Notes under the pieces: generated by a model
Database searches by the model: none
The model's input: only the letters and a program-made list of their open reading frames with translations
Told to the model about the DNA's origin: nothing
In this document: positions 63,690-64,000 of the stretch, in pieces
Numbering within the stretch: the stretch's first letter is position 1
Layout: the number at the start of each line of letters is the position of its first letter
Translations under genes and position numbers: made by a program
NCBI GenBank assembly: GCA_963706955.1
Contig: CAVPOC010000003.1
Location: 480,001 to 544,000, forward strand
Reading direction: 5' to 3'
Length of the DNA stretch: 64,000 nucleotides
Origin: an uncultured Verrucomicrobiae bacterium
GTDB lineage: Bacteria; Verrucomicrobiota; Verrucomicrobiia; Chthoniobacterales; Terrimicrobiaceae

Positions 63690-63694
<5 letters not shown>

Positions 63695-63750
63695 CGGCGC
63701 TGTCCGCAGCGCCGGGACGTCCCCCCAGCCGTGGGGATACGGCCGCTACA
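63690..63750. repeat. GTAG-type REP doublet, family B, overlapping the ppdK stop codon
   Basis: tgtagcggcgctgtccgcagcgcc...gccgtggggatacggccgctaca. Confidence 0.8.
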
Positions 63751-63834
63751 ATCGGCGCTCGAGAATAAAGCGGCCTCGGGGTGACCGTCGACGGCACGCG
63801 ATATCTCACCAATTGACGACTCGCCGCACACTCC

Positions 63835-63992
63835 GGGGAGCATACGCGTCCCGCGGCGTCTCGCGAGTGATGTTCGGCGTCCGCGTGAGCGGCACGTTGC
63901 CGCAACGCGGCTCACTGTGCTCGCCGAACAGGGGTTTTCCGGCAGGACGCCGGAAAATGGCAGCGCGGGGACGCGCGGGGACGCTGCGCCCG
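63835..63992. repeat. Family A palindromic element (degenerate right end)
   Basis: ggggagcatacgcgtcccgcg...cgcggggacgcg; internal segments resemble the 5841 copy. Confidence 0.7.
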
Positions 63993-64000
63993 AACCATCG

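Overview
Bacterial chromosome segment of moderately high GC. The gene content (type IV pilin-like gene, rnr, PUR-family protein, ppdK, LysM L,D-transpeptidase) suggests Verrucomicrobiota/Chthoniobacterales, which is an inference only. Housekeeping-type genes lie at both ends: lpdA and pyc on the left; tRNA-Gly(CCC), rnr and ppdK on the right. A long accessory stretch lies between them. It holds alpha-glucan enzymes, Ada, an adenylate cyclase, an ECF42-type sigma/YciI pair, a five-gene heme-enzyme operon (di-heme c protein, catalase-like protein with an altered distal site, DyP peroxidase, two unknowns), a zone of eroded genes, a Rhizobium-type glycerol ABC operon, a MIP channel and a repeat-rich GIY-YIG locus at the tRNA 3' end. 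The best candidate for an undescribed system is at 40.6-48.1 kb: a multi-TIR protein translationally coupled to a membrane-spanning nSTAND1-type NTPase/beta-propeller protein, then a glucan-binding remnant, then a TIR-SLOG protein. This reads as a putative NLR-like nucleotide-signalling immune locus. Also notable are a histidine kinase made of two tandem cNMP-HK modules and two families of REP-like palindromes. Many genes carry single-base frameshifts, most likely long-read assembly errors. All domain calls are from motifs read by eye; no searches were run.
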